From: Nitrospirota bacterium
GTDB lineage: Bacteria > Nitrospirota > Nitrospiria > Nitrospirales > NS-4
Length of the DNA: 21,110 nucleotides
Direction of reading: 5' to 3'
NCBI GenBank assembly: GCA_963788195.1
Contig: CAWBGA010000009.1
Location: 1 to 21,110, forward strand
Shown: positions 10,074-19,770 of the stretch, piece after piece
Layout: every line of letters starts with the position of its first letter
Position numbering within the stretch: position 1 is the first letter of the stretch
Translations under genes and position numbers: made by a program
The notes under the pieces: generated by a model
Told to the model about the DNA's origin: nothing
Seen by the model: the letters and a program-made list of their open reading frames with translations, nothing else
Databases searched by the model: none

Positions 10074-11217
10074 TTAAAATGCATGGTTCACGGAAGGGCA
10101 CTCGCAAGCTAACGTGAGCAGAGCACGCTCCGTATTGACGATCAAAGTTTCTAGAGACAGTCGCTCAACGATACTTCGTCGAATCTGATCCGGAGTATGG
10201 GATCTTTGATCGAGCAATTTTTCGACGGCATTACTCAAGGCCGATGGGTCTTTCGGAGGAATCACCTCTCCCATATCCCTCACCACCCATGCCGAATCAC
10301 CGATATTGGTCACGACGCATGGCACTCCGCAGGCCATCGCCTCACCAATGGTGTTGGAAACTCCCTCGCCATAAGAAGAACTGCTCACGAGAATATCGAG
10401 GGCGTTGTAGACCGCGGGCATGTCTTGGCGAGTTCCTGCCCACAACAGACGTTCCCCTAGTCCTAAGCTCTCTGCGAGCGTCTGCAGACTTGCCTGATAC
10501 TCCTCAGGTCCGCCCCCGACGCACACAAAGCGCGTTTCCTTCCGTTTCTTCGCCAGGCAAGCGGCCGCCTCCAGAAAAATAGGATGATCTTTCATAGGAT
10601 CCAGGCGGCCTACGAGACCGATGAGCTTCTCGTGCTCAGCAATGCCCCACTCCGATCGTATTTGCGATCGCGCCTCTGGATCGGGACAAAATCGTTCCGC
10701 ATCGATCCCGTTGGGGATGACAACCATTTTCTCTGCTGGATATCCCAAAGAGAGATGGTACTCACGACCGACATGGGAATTTGCAATGATGGCATCTGGG
10801 AATCCGGACAGCCACGAATTTAGTTTTGCAGCTCAGTCGGGTAAGCCAATCGTAATTGCGAAAATCCAGGCTAGAGCTTCTTATTCCCCATACGACTTTC
10901 GCAGTGGGAAATAGAAACTTGAGTATGATCGTCATAAGGTTTTGATCGTAGAGATAGCCATGTATGACGTCGGGTCGTTCCTCCCGCAAGACTTGGATTA
11001 AGCGCACAAGAAAGCCAAGTAGATCCCAACGCCCACGTTTGTGTAGGGGTCGGATTCGGACGTCCGCCTCCCGTAATTCCTTCTCAAATGGCCCTCCGGA
11101 ATAAAAGATCGCGACCACGACATGATGTCCACGCTCGCGAAGGCCTTTTGAAAGGAGAGTCAGTTGCCGTTGCGCGCCGCCGGTATCGAGCGAACGAATG
11201 AGAAAAAGGATTTTCAC
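10074..11217 (-). CDS. Glycosyltransferase family 4; frameshift in T4 run at 10824-10827
   Basis: GTG start (VKILFLIRSLDTGGAQRQL) preceded by AGAGG. Removing one A gives CKLNSWLSGFPDAIIANSHVGREYHLSLGYP, which joins the C-half carrying EGVSNTIGEAMACGVP. Confidence 0.9.
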
Positions 11218-11267
11218 CGGCGTACCTCTGTTTCTAATGGCAGCCGTTCCCTCAATCGCGTATTGGC

Positions 11268-12438
11268 TCACGCCCTCTGCCCCTGGCACACCTGCTGTAT
11301 GGCCGCGTTCCACATGCCCATTACCATCTCGACACCAAAGCGGTCTGCAACTTCCACGGCCCGCGCTCCGAGACGTTCACGTTGCTCCGGATCCTCCATC
11401 AAGCGATCCATAGCCGCGGCTAGGGCATCCACATCATTGGGGGCAACTAGGAGGCCATTCACTCCATTACGAACAATTTCCCGTGGACCGCTCCCACAAT
11501 CCGTCGAAATCACGGCTAACCCGCATGCCATCGCCTCCAGCAGCGCGTTCGGAAATCCTTCATAGCTTGACGACAAGACAAATACATCCGCGCCGTGAAG
11601 GATATGCGCAGGGTCTTGGACCAACCCAGGCAATTTGACTCGACCCTCAAGTCCTAATTCACGGGTGAGTGTCTCGAGGGATCGACGCTCCTCGCCCTCA
11701 CCAACTATGATCAACGACCAATCATCATGCGTTTTTGTACATTGACAAAAAGCCCGGAGCAGGAGATCGAACCTCTTTTCGCTCACCAATCGTCCCATCG
11801 CGACGACCGTGCGGCCGGAGCCTTGACGGTGCGAAGGATATTCGGATCCGTTCAGCACTGGCTTCACAGGGTTCGGAATGACGTGAATAGCATCGTCTCG
11901 CACCAACCCGCTGGCCCAATCGCGCAGGCCATGAGACTGCACGACGATACCATCGGCATGTCGGTAGAGTAGCGACCGCAATCGAGTCCAAGCGGAGCCT
12001 ATAGGATGCTGGTCAGGGTGGCTGCGTTCCGAGACGATCACGGGGATGCGTAAACCGACACTCGCAAGAAGCGTCAAGACATTGGTCGTGTCAATGAAAC
12101 TGATTACAACATCGGGAGAGGATGCGCGGATCTCTTTTCGCAACCGTTTTAGCCTCCGTGCATTGTTCCAAACGGCTGTGATAACGTTCCTTGAGCTGCC
12201 CAGAAGATCCAGTCCAGTGCGCTTGACTTGTGCGTGGAGCGCATAGTGATGCTGCCTTTGCAGAAGTGAGGGTGATGAGAGTCACGTGCTGCTGGTGTGC
12301 TGCCCAATGATTTGCCATGATTGTGATGACTCGTTCGGCACCCCCGAACCCGAAAGTCGACATCACGAGGGTTATACGCCGGGATTGGGTCTTTTTCCTG
12401 GATGACTCAGCCAATGCGCGTGCGACAGAGGCATTCAT
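11268..12438 (-). CDS. Glycosyltransferase family 4 (PglH/PglJ-like); frameshift near 12255
   Basis: N-part ITLVMSTFGFGGAERVITIMANHWA joins HHYALHAQVKRTGL...LRKEIR. The C-part has EGFPNALLEAMACGLAVISTDC. Confidence 0.9.
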
Positions 12439-12783
12439 GGAATGGGGAGTCCGGCTCCCGAAAAAGAGAAGCAAGGTTTGAGATAGTCAAGGTTTTCTCG
12501 CGACGCAATTGATGTACGGAGATGTCAGACGATTTGGTTTGAATATCGGCGCAAATTGTTCCAGAGTGCAGAATCCCTTATTCATCCATGAACGCAACCG
12601 CACGCCCACGGGGTAGAAGGCCTTTTTTTCTTTTGTATCCATCTGAGCAAAGGTCTCACGGAAAAAGTCATGAAACTTGGGTTCATGTAATGAGTGAGAC
12701 CTTTCGCGCGCGGATTGACAGCCTTGGGCAATTGCCTATTAGCCCAATTTTGGTCCCACTACGAATTGCCCGCTTTATCGGTA

Positions 12784-14218
12784 CTATCCATTCCTCTGCC
12801 TGTTTATCAATTGAAATACCATAAAGACCAAAAAGCCGGTTGACACGAGATACATCAGACTCGTTGACAGGGCGATGCCTGCAACATCCAGCCATTTCAT
12901 CAAGAGATAATTGAAAACAATGTTTACGGCAAGACTAATGGCAGCGCCCCACATCAAAATTCGGTTGGCCTGGAGAGCCGAGATGAGCCTTACGGCCAGC
13001 ATGCTCAACACAAACACCGGGATCTGCAACAAATAAAGATCTTGAACCCAGGTCACAAGTTGGGTATCCGCCTCCGTGAAGGCACCTCTCTGAAATAGTA
13101 CGTGCACTAGGGGCTCTGAGAAATATATGAGAAGCAAAGTCAGCGGTAGAGTGATCAACACGATAAGTCGCGCATAAACGATGAGAGTATGCCGTACACC
13201 CGTCCAGTCTCCAACAGCCACCATACGTGAGAACTGTGGGAAGACTGCCGTACTGACGGAAAGTGCTCCTATCCCCAGGATGAGCGTCGTGATCTTACTT
13301 CCATAAGATAATGCCGAGACGCGACCAGGTCCGAGCATGGCGGCCATGGACTGGCCAACGAAGCTCGCGCTGCCCAGCAAGAAGGACCCGACCAGCATGG
13401 GAGTGTATTGCTTCCACACTCGCTTGACGGCTGGAGTGAGGAGATGCCGCCGATGAGGGATCAGAGAAAACCCCCGCCGTCTCAGCCACCATCCTAACAC
13501 CCCTGCCTCGAGCAGCGAGCCACCGACAGTTCCTGCCGTGAGAGCGTACACCCCCCAGGGCCTTGCTAAGACCAACAGCACAAGCAAGGTAACGACCGAC
13601 GTAAGCATAGGGGTCACGGCCACTAAGGCGAAGCGATCCTGTGAGTTGAGAATAGCACTCCATGTTGTCGACAACCCGGTAAGGACCAAGCAAGGAAGCA
13701 ACATGTAATAAATAGAGGTGGTCAGTGACAGCTTTTCGGGACTAAAACCCGAGGCGACAATCGGAAGGGCATAAGGGGCAATGAGGGCAAAGATGATCGA
13801 TACGGCGATTAACAAGACAGCGCCGGAGAGCATAATCGTAGAGGATAAGTGTTGTGCTGCGTCATGCCCCTCATGCTCCCGAACTTGAATATAGGTTGGA
13901 ATGAAAGCCGCGTTTAAAGATCCACTCACCAACTCAATAGCAAATGACAGCAGAAGAAATGCAATGAGGAAGGCATCTAAGGCATCACTGGTGCCGAAAT
14001 GATAGGCGACAACGAGTTCTTTAACCCCAGCCACCAGCTTCACCAATACGGCTGAGCCCACTGACTGTCAGCATCGCTGCGAAGATGCGACGATTGACCG
14101 ATCGTTCCTGCCATGTACTCCACCACCGCGATCCCATCGGAATGACGTTATTTACCCACTTCAGCGGCAAGACGTCCGGAACCGACCGTTCATGAAAGGA
14201 CTCACCGGGTTTGCTCAC
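12784..14218 (-). CDS. MurJ/MviN-family (MOP) lipid-linked oligosaccharide flippase; frameshift near 14050
   Basis: KELVVAYHFGTSDALDAF, AFIP.Y, VSALSYGSK, STAVFPQFS and LFQRGAFTEADT motifs, multi-TM. The N-terminus RRIFAAMLTVSGLS is in the adjacent frame; the start is uncertain. Confidence 0.88.
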
Positions 14219-14272
14219 ACGGATCCTGTCTGTTCCGTTCAGGCGGACAATGATTGATCTATTGCTTCGCCG

Positions 14273-16499
14273 TCATTGGCGCTTGTAGTAGGCTCCGGCG
14301 TAGTAGGGGACATCGATCGGACGCGCCTTTTGCATCACGACTCCAAGCAACTTGCTACCGGAACCGGCTAGGCGTTGAATAGCCCACCGACAGGCTTCGC
14401 GGGTTGTTTGACCGGCACTCACCACGAGCAACACTCCGTCCACTCGTGTGGCCAGCACGACCGGATCCGTGACGGCCAAGACCGGAGGAGCGTCCACGAT
14501 GACCTGAATACCTTCTTGACGATACCACTGGAGCAGTTCGCCCATTCTCTTCGAATGGAGCAGCTCGGATGGGTTGGGTGCACGGTCTCCGCGTGGAATC
14601 ACGGAAAGATTGTGAATATCGGTCGGATAGACGATATCTTCTCGACCGACCCGTCCCGCCAGATAATCCGCCAGACCCGGCGGTCGGCCATTATTCGTCT
14701 GAACGTCGAAGATAGAATGCGCCACATGCTTGCGCAGATCTGCATCAATGAGAATCACCTTGGCATGCTCCAATTGCGCCATCGCCACCACAAGGCTCAC
14801 CGCAAGCGTCGTTTTTCCTTCGCTTTCGCCTGGGCTCGTGATCAGCACGGACAAAGGCAACTCATCGGGACTCGACAACAACAGACTGGTGCGGATCGCG
14901 CGGACGTTTTCGGTGAGGGGACTCGGCCGATACGTAGTCGATGGCAAGAGCAACGCCCCGTTCATCATATCTTTATGGGGCATCAGCGGAATCATCCCCA
15001 GCAAGGAGACTTGTGGCAGATAGAGTTCCAGATCATCGGGTCCTTTGAGACTGCGATCCTGGGATTCCAGCACAAAGGCTAGGCCGACACCAGTCATCAA
15101 ACCCACCAGGAAACCCAGAAGCGTATTTAACATTTTCTTCGGCTTCACCGGGATCACGCTCGATACGGCAGGATCGGCCAGATATACATTGTTCGGCCTG
15201 ATTCCCGAGGACACGTCCGCTTCTTTGGCCGCCTTCAGAAAGATGTCATACAGCTGCTGGTTGCTTTCAGTTTCCCCCTCCAGTATGCCTTGCTCGATTT
15301 CGTAGTGCTCCACATCGAGCTTTTCCTGATTGTGGCGTTGGAGTGCCGCTTTGATGGCGCGTTCCCGAGCCACCGCTACATCGTACTCGCGTTTGACCGA
15401 ATCGTAGATTTTCTGCACCTCACGGCCAATGCGCTCGCTGAGATCCTGCAACTCCGCCTTCGCGCGCGCCATCCTCGGATGGAGGGGGCCGTATTTGTCC
15501 GAAAGTTCTGCGACCTGCCCGGATACTTTGATTTCCTGAGCCCGCAGCGTCTGAATCAGCGGTGAGGCCAACACTTCCGTGGACTGCATCCAGGTTAGAC
15601 CAGTTGCCGGCGCCCTGTTCGTCACGCTTACGCAGAACCGATTGAACCTCATTGAAACGGGAAAAGGACTCGGCCTTCCTCATTTCCGCCCTTAACAACT
15701 CGGAATTCAGTTCGGTGAGCTTTTGGCCTGCCACGGTCTGACCTTGCTGTCCTTGCAGGAGCCCATGCTTCGCCCGAAAGGCATACAATGCCCGCTTGGA
15801 AAACTGCACTCTGTTGCGCAATTCGTCCAACTGGGCGGCAAACCACTTCGCCGCCTTCTCTTTGGAAGATGAGTTCAGCTCCTGTGCGCTTTGGATGTAA
15901 ACGGTCGCCAAGGTATTGGCGGCCTCCGCGGCAAACTTGGGGTCTCTCGAGTTGACAATAATGTGGGCCAGCCGCGCCCCTCGAATCGGCATGATTTCGA
16001 TCTGCTCACTAAACTGCTTCAGCATCCGATCTTCGGTCTCCTCCGGAGAGGGTGCGGGACCGTCCGCGGTGCTGACCCAGCTTGCACGGAGGAATGCCGG
16101 CAGAGAGTTGGAAAGCCACTCCCCGCTCTTGGATGGTTGGGGTCGATAATCCGCTCTCTGCGGCAAATCGAGAAGTCGAGCCGCTTGCTGGAGCACTTGA
16201 CGGCTCCTCATCAGTTCAAAATGTGTTTGGAAATATTCGGGGGTGACGTCCCAGTGATAGCTCTTGTCTCTCTCTAGGGTGCTTGGCCCTTGTTGCTCAA
16301 TGACCACCGTCGCCCTGGCCTGATAGACCGGCTTTTGTATATAGGACCATACCAGCGCCGCTATGGCGCAGCCTACCGCCATGCCAAGAACGAGCCATCG
16401 CCGACGCCAAAGTACGGTTGCATAGTCTGTCAGAGCATTTTCAGGCCCGCTCTCATGAGCAGGATGTGGGGCAGTGAACTCCGTATCGTGAGGACGCAT
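14273..16499 (-). CDS. wzc: Polysaccharide co-polymerase/BY-kinase (Wzc/GumC-CapB fusion); frameshift near 15584
   Basis: N-terminal DY..VLWRRRWLV TM, coiled coil, YGPLHP, second TM after P.KPKK, Walker A SPGESEGKTT, A' LIDADLRK, B VIVDAPP and C-terminal Tyr cluster PYYAGAYY. AGGAG RBS. Confidence 0.95.
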
Positions 16500-16586
16500 G
16501 TTGCTCCTATTTCTGCTTGACCCTGAGGTGAATGTTCATCCCTCGTGATTCCATAACGGGTATACCGGAAAGAGATTACAGATACA

Positions 16587-16670
16587 CTGTATCGAGAGCA
16601 TCACTGTATTGGCTTGGTAATCAAACTGCTCAACGTTAGAATTGCGATTTTCGAAGATGTATTGAAGGCC
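16587..16670 (-). pseudogene. C-terminal remnant of an EPS-associated outer-membrane beta-barrel gene
   Basis: Manual translation GLQYIFENRNSNVEQFDYQANTVMLSIQ resembles the last two strands (Y....R.SN....DY..N...L) of EPS-locus beta-barrels. There is no room for the rest of the gene. Confidence 0.6.
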
Positions 16671-16798
16671 GTCAGCGTTGATGCCCACCAATCAAAGTCC
16701 TGGCCTTCGTTAGAGAAAGCACCCTGCTTCAAATTCGGTTCAGAAACTATACACGGTTCGAAGGGGTTTTGCGTGCTTTCATGCACCGAGAGCCTCAA

Positions 16799-17068
16799 TC
16801 AACATTCGCATTTCACATCAGCAATCAAGGCAGCCCGGAGAGCTTGATAATCAAGGGACAGCTCAGCGAACTTTTCTTTTAGTCGGTGATTTTGCTGCTG
16901 TAAGGCTCGAATCTCTGCCATGCGCGTCTCTTCCTGCTGGGCAAACATGGCTTGCCAGCGGTAATAGGTCCTGATCGAAATGCCGTTGCGCTCGCAGACC
17001 TTTTTCACTCCATCCCGATCGTGACCTTCTCGCAGAATCTTCCTTCTCTCGTTCTCTGAAAATCGCAT
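16799..17068 (-). CDS. Small HTH + coiled-coil protein resembling IS3-family OrfA (HTH_Tnp_1-like), without OrfB
   Basis: MRFSENERRKILREG....VKKVCERNGISIRTYYRWQ, followed by EIRALQQQNHRLKEKFAELSLD. GAGG RBS. No DDE domain follows. Confidence 0.75.
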   Translation of the reverse strand: MRFSENERRKILREGHDRDGVKKVCERNGISIRTYYRWQAMFAQQEETRMAEIRALQQQNHRLKEKFAELSLDYQALRAALIADVKCEC

Positions 17069-17158
17069 CTTAGCACCGACCTCTTCTTCACTGCTTGATG
17101 CGGTGGCAGATTGATAGGCTTCAGTTCGAGAAGCGACAAATAGGACAAGAACCTCCAG

Positions 17159-17671
17159 TCAGCCGACCCCAACTACTTCACTTGCATCAATGTGAACAGC
17201 TGCCGCCTGCTGGAGGATCTGAACACGAAGCACGATACAATCCTGACCTGCTTTTCTTATGAATTGCCCTCTTATTCCGGTGAGCGGACCCCGCACAACT
17301 TCGACCCATGTCCCCTCATTCAGATAGTCGTGCGAATCGCAGGCGCGTTGACTGTTGGAAACGGTTTTCAACGCGTTTAGTTCTTTTTCAGGAATCGGTT
17401 CGGGTCCCTCGATTCCCACGATGTTGATGATGCCCGGAATCCGCAGAACGTCCAAGCGTGAGTGCAACGCAAACCGGGCGAAACAATAACCGGAAAACAG
17501 AGGGAATTCCGTCCATGTATTGCGATCCGACCATCGCCTCAGCGTTCTTGTGAGGGGGAGAAACTGCTCGAACCCACTTCCTTCAAGACGATCTCGCACG
17601 ACCTTTTCGTGCCGTGAACGAGTGCGTAGCGCGAACCAGTAAGGCAATGAAGTGTTCACCTTATGCGACAT
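17159..17671 (-). CDS. UpxY/LoaP/RfaH-type NusG-paralog transcription antiterminator
   Basis: NGN domain WFALRTRSRHEK...FLP.....RWSDR.....PLFSGYCF and KOW EGTWVEVVRGPLTGIRG. AAGGAGGAG RBS precedes ATG 17671. It is the first gene of the EPS operon. Confidence 0.93.
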   Translation of the reverse strand: MSHKVNTSLPYWFALRTRSRHEKVVRDRLEGSGFEQFLPLTRTLRRWSDRNTWTEFPLFSGYCFARFALHSRLDVLRIPGIINIVGIEGPEPIPEKELNALKTVSNSQRACDSHDYLNEGTWVEVVRGPLTGIRGQFIRKAGQDCIVLRVQILQQAAAVHIDASEVVGVG

Positions 17672-17763
17672 TGCCGCACTCCTCCTTGCCATAATGGTTT
17701 CAAAGTGAAAAGGTTCAAAGGAAAGATATAGCTTCGCCGTCTCAGTCCCATGTGAGTACATCG

Positions 17764-17803
17764 AGCGCGGGGAAACCTATACAAGCGCGGAGAAACTTAT
17801 ACA
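17764..17803. repeat. 2 x 20-bp tandem repeat
   Basis: agcgcggggaaacctataca / agcgcggagaaacttataca (2 mismatches). Confidence 0.9.
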
Positions 17804-17861
17804 TAGGAAAGGCAAGTTCTACATCGGAGCTTTATGCTTTTTTCCCGGGTTCGGAAAGCGA

Positions 17862-17908
17862 ACTACGTAGGAGAATCCTGCCGGTGGGAACCGGCCCAAG
17901 CACAGACC
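17862..17908. repeat. 47-bp direct repeat, copy 1
   Basis: actacgtaggagaatcctgccggtgggaaccggcccaagcacagacc; 42/47 identical to 18126-18172. Confidence 0.92.
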
Positions 17909-18125
17909 GGTAACAAACGTAACTCTCTCGCAACGCAGGAGTGACACGTTGTGAGTAGCACTCAGTACAGCAGGAATCTGCGTGAAGGCATAGTGGCAAT
18001 AATTGGTGAAACTAGGGTTACCATCAGGGCGAAAAATGAGGCCTGCACAATAATAATCAGCCTGTGCGATTTCTTGGACCGTCCGCCTGTAAAAGGTGGC
18101 TCCACTTGCGAATTCTGGAGGACGC

Positions 18126-18172
18126 ACTACGTAGGAGAACGCTGTCGGTGGGAACCGGACCAAGCACGGACC
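18126..18172. repeat. 47-bp direct repeat, copy 2
   Basis: actacgtaggagaacgctgtcggtgggaaccggaccaagcacggacc; 264 bp from copy 1. Confidence 0.92.
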
Positions 18173-18393
18173 AGGAGCATGCTTGGCTACACAATAATGG
18201 AGATAAACTGGCCTTCCTAAGTGCGGCATATTCCTGAAAAGCCACATTTCAACAGGCTTTATCGCCCCCTTCTTACGTAGGGGGTCATTGTGTAGCATTC
18301 GTCCCCTGTGCAAAACTCTCGTCGTCTATTGGAGTGCATCTGCATAATTACCTAGGCCATCAGTCATACGTTATTTAATGCGGGGTATTTGTT

Positions 18394-19080
18394 ATGACGT
18401 TAGAGCAGAGAATTCCTGTTCTCAAAGTTGCAATCGTGAGCAACAACATTTTACTGCTCCTGGGATTGCGCCGACTTTTTGAAGAACATGTCGGTATTGT
18501 GGTGGTCGGAGAGTCCTCTGGGGGCAGCTCTGCATGCAATCTAATAGCGCAGCAACGACCGGATGTGATTCTTGTGGATATTGAGTCGGATCTAAAATCT
18601 GTGGAAGCGATCAATGCCCTTCGGCAAAAAGACCCGCTATGTCGGATTATCGTACTGAGCGGGTGGGATGAAATGGATCGTGCCCGTCAAGCGCTGGCTG
18701 CCGGGGCCGACGAAATCGTCATGAAATGTCAACAGCCCGGAGTGCTTTTGGCTACTGTTGAGTGTGTGGGGAAGGGTCTGGCCGTCGCGCTGAGAGCTAC
18801 ATCGAACCAACCCCCTATCACCAACAAAGTCGACAAGCGTAAAGCCGTGGCTGATCCAACGCGATGCACTGATGCATTGACGGACCGGGAGCGAGAAGTG
18901 ATTGGCCTGATTGGGAAAGGATTGTCGAACCGCGATATCGCCAACAGTCTGTGTATTTCGGAAACGACTGTGCGCCACCACCTTACCAGCATTTTCGACA
19001 AACTGGGCGTCTCCAATCGGCAGAAACTGCTCATCTGCGCACACCAGTATGGCCTGGTGGAACTGACAGCGTCGGCGTGA
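18394..19080 (+). CDS. NarL/FixJ-family response regulator (REC + LuxR HTH)
   Basis: PDVILVD receiver and C-terminal LTDREREVIGLIGKGLSNRDIANSLCISETTVRHHLTSIFDKLGV. Confidence 0.95.
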   Translation: MTLEQRIPVLKVAIVSNNILLLLGLRRLFEEHVGIVVVGESSGGSSACNLIAQQRPDVILVDIESDLKSVEAINALRQKDPLCRIIVLSGWDEMDRARQALAAGADEIVMKCQQPGVLLATVECVGKGLAVALRATSNQPPITNKVDKRKAVADPTRCTDALTDREREVIGLIGKGLSNRDIANSLCISETTVRHHLTSIFDKLGVSNRQKLLICAHQYGLVELTASA

Positions 19081-19432
19081 GAAGCCACGGTATCGGCCAA
19101 TCTACCTGGACTGGACGTGCGTCTTGAGTTAGTTCGTGACATTCCGCGGACGAAAGCCAATAAATGGCGCCCGGTTCTCACAGAGGTCAGGATAGAGAAT
19201 TTCCGCCACTGCCCCGCGCTGCCTAGGGCTAGTCATCTTTCTGCCCACCTGTGCGAACGTGATCGTCGAAACCGAGGGAAATCCGTAAAGTGGCTCCTGG
19301 TGCCAGTTCTCCCTAGTAGCTCCATCATTTCAGTTTACAACTAAAACGTAGATTTACTAAGACCACGTGGACTAGTTGGACTTTCCTAGCTGACAACGGT
19401 CATACGTTAAACAGCCCAAGTATCAATTGAGA

Positions 19433-19507
19433 GGCGCCGTACCCAAGAGGCTAAGGGCGCAGTTTGCAACACTGCGGTCAGCTGTTCAATTCCGTTCGGC
19501 GCCTCCA
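19433..19507 (+). tRNA. tRNA-Cys(GCA), divergent or possibly pseudo
   Basis: Acceptor stem GGCGCCG/CGGCGCC, U73 + CCA, D-arm CCC..GG..GGG, anticodon stem GCAGT/ACTGC with loop TTGCAAC. The T-arm AGCTG-TTCAATT-CCGTT is imperfect. Confidence 0.8.
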
Positions 19508-19730
19508 CATCAGCCTTCCCTCCGACTCCCCTCGCGCCCTCTAGTCTCTGAAGCTGGAGCGTTTTCAAATCTCGCCCCCAATAATCTGGCTAGTCGTTGG
19601 AGTCCTCATCCGGCCACCCCCTGCCTGAACGTTGGCGCGGTTGTCCGTGTTCTGTCCGTTTACTGAGAGAATCTGAGAGCAACTGGCAACTATTCAAAGG
19701 GGCTGCTCTCTCGTCTAACTGCGAATTGCC

Positions 19731-19770
19731 CTCATAACCCAAAGGTCAGAGGTACAAATCTCCTCCCTGC
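19731..19770 (+). mobile_element. Degenerate 3' half of tRNA-fMet (att-site-like remnant)
   Basis: CTCATAACCCAAAGGTCAGAGGTACAAATCTCCTCCCTGC resembles the initiator tRNA consensus CTCATAACCCGAAGGTCGNAGGTTCAAATCCTNCCCCCGC. Similarity begins at the anticodon loop and the 5' half is absent. Confidence 0.7.

Noticed and set aside
12725..12752. Hairpin TTGGGC...GCCCAA downstream of the flippase as a terminator
   Set aside because: The T-tract is on the plus strand, opposite to operon direction, and the stem is imperfect.
4100..15590. Programmed frameshifting or slipped-strand phase variation at the frameshift sites
   Set aside because: The sites lack long homopolymers, microsatellites or slippery heptamers.
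17764..17803. TTCCCCGCGC (minus strand) resembles part of a type I-E CRISPR repeat
   Set aside because: Only about 10 bp match, the two units are directly adjacent with no spacer, and the repeat hairpin is absent.
17862..18172. Invertible (phase-variable) promoter as in Bacteroides PS loci
   Set aside because: The repeats are direct rather than inverted, and the only nearby recombinase is a fragment.
17819..18313. 164-aa minus-strand ORF (and overlapping short ORFs) in the divergent intergenic region
   Set aside because: No recognisable motifs or RBS. Its internal peptide repeat merely reflects the DNA direct repeat.
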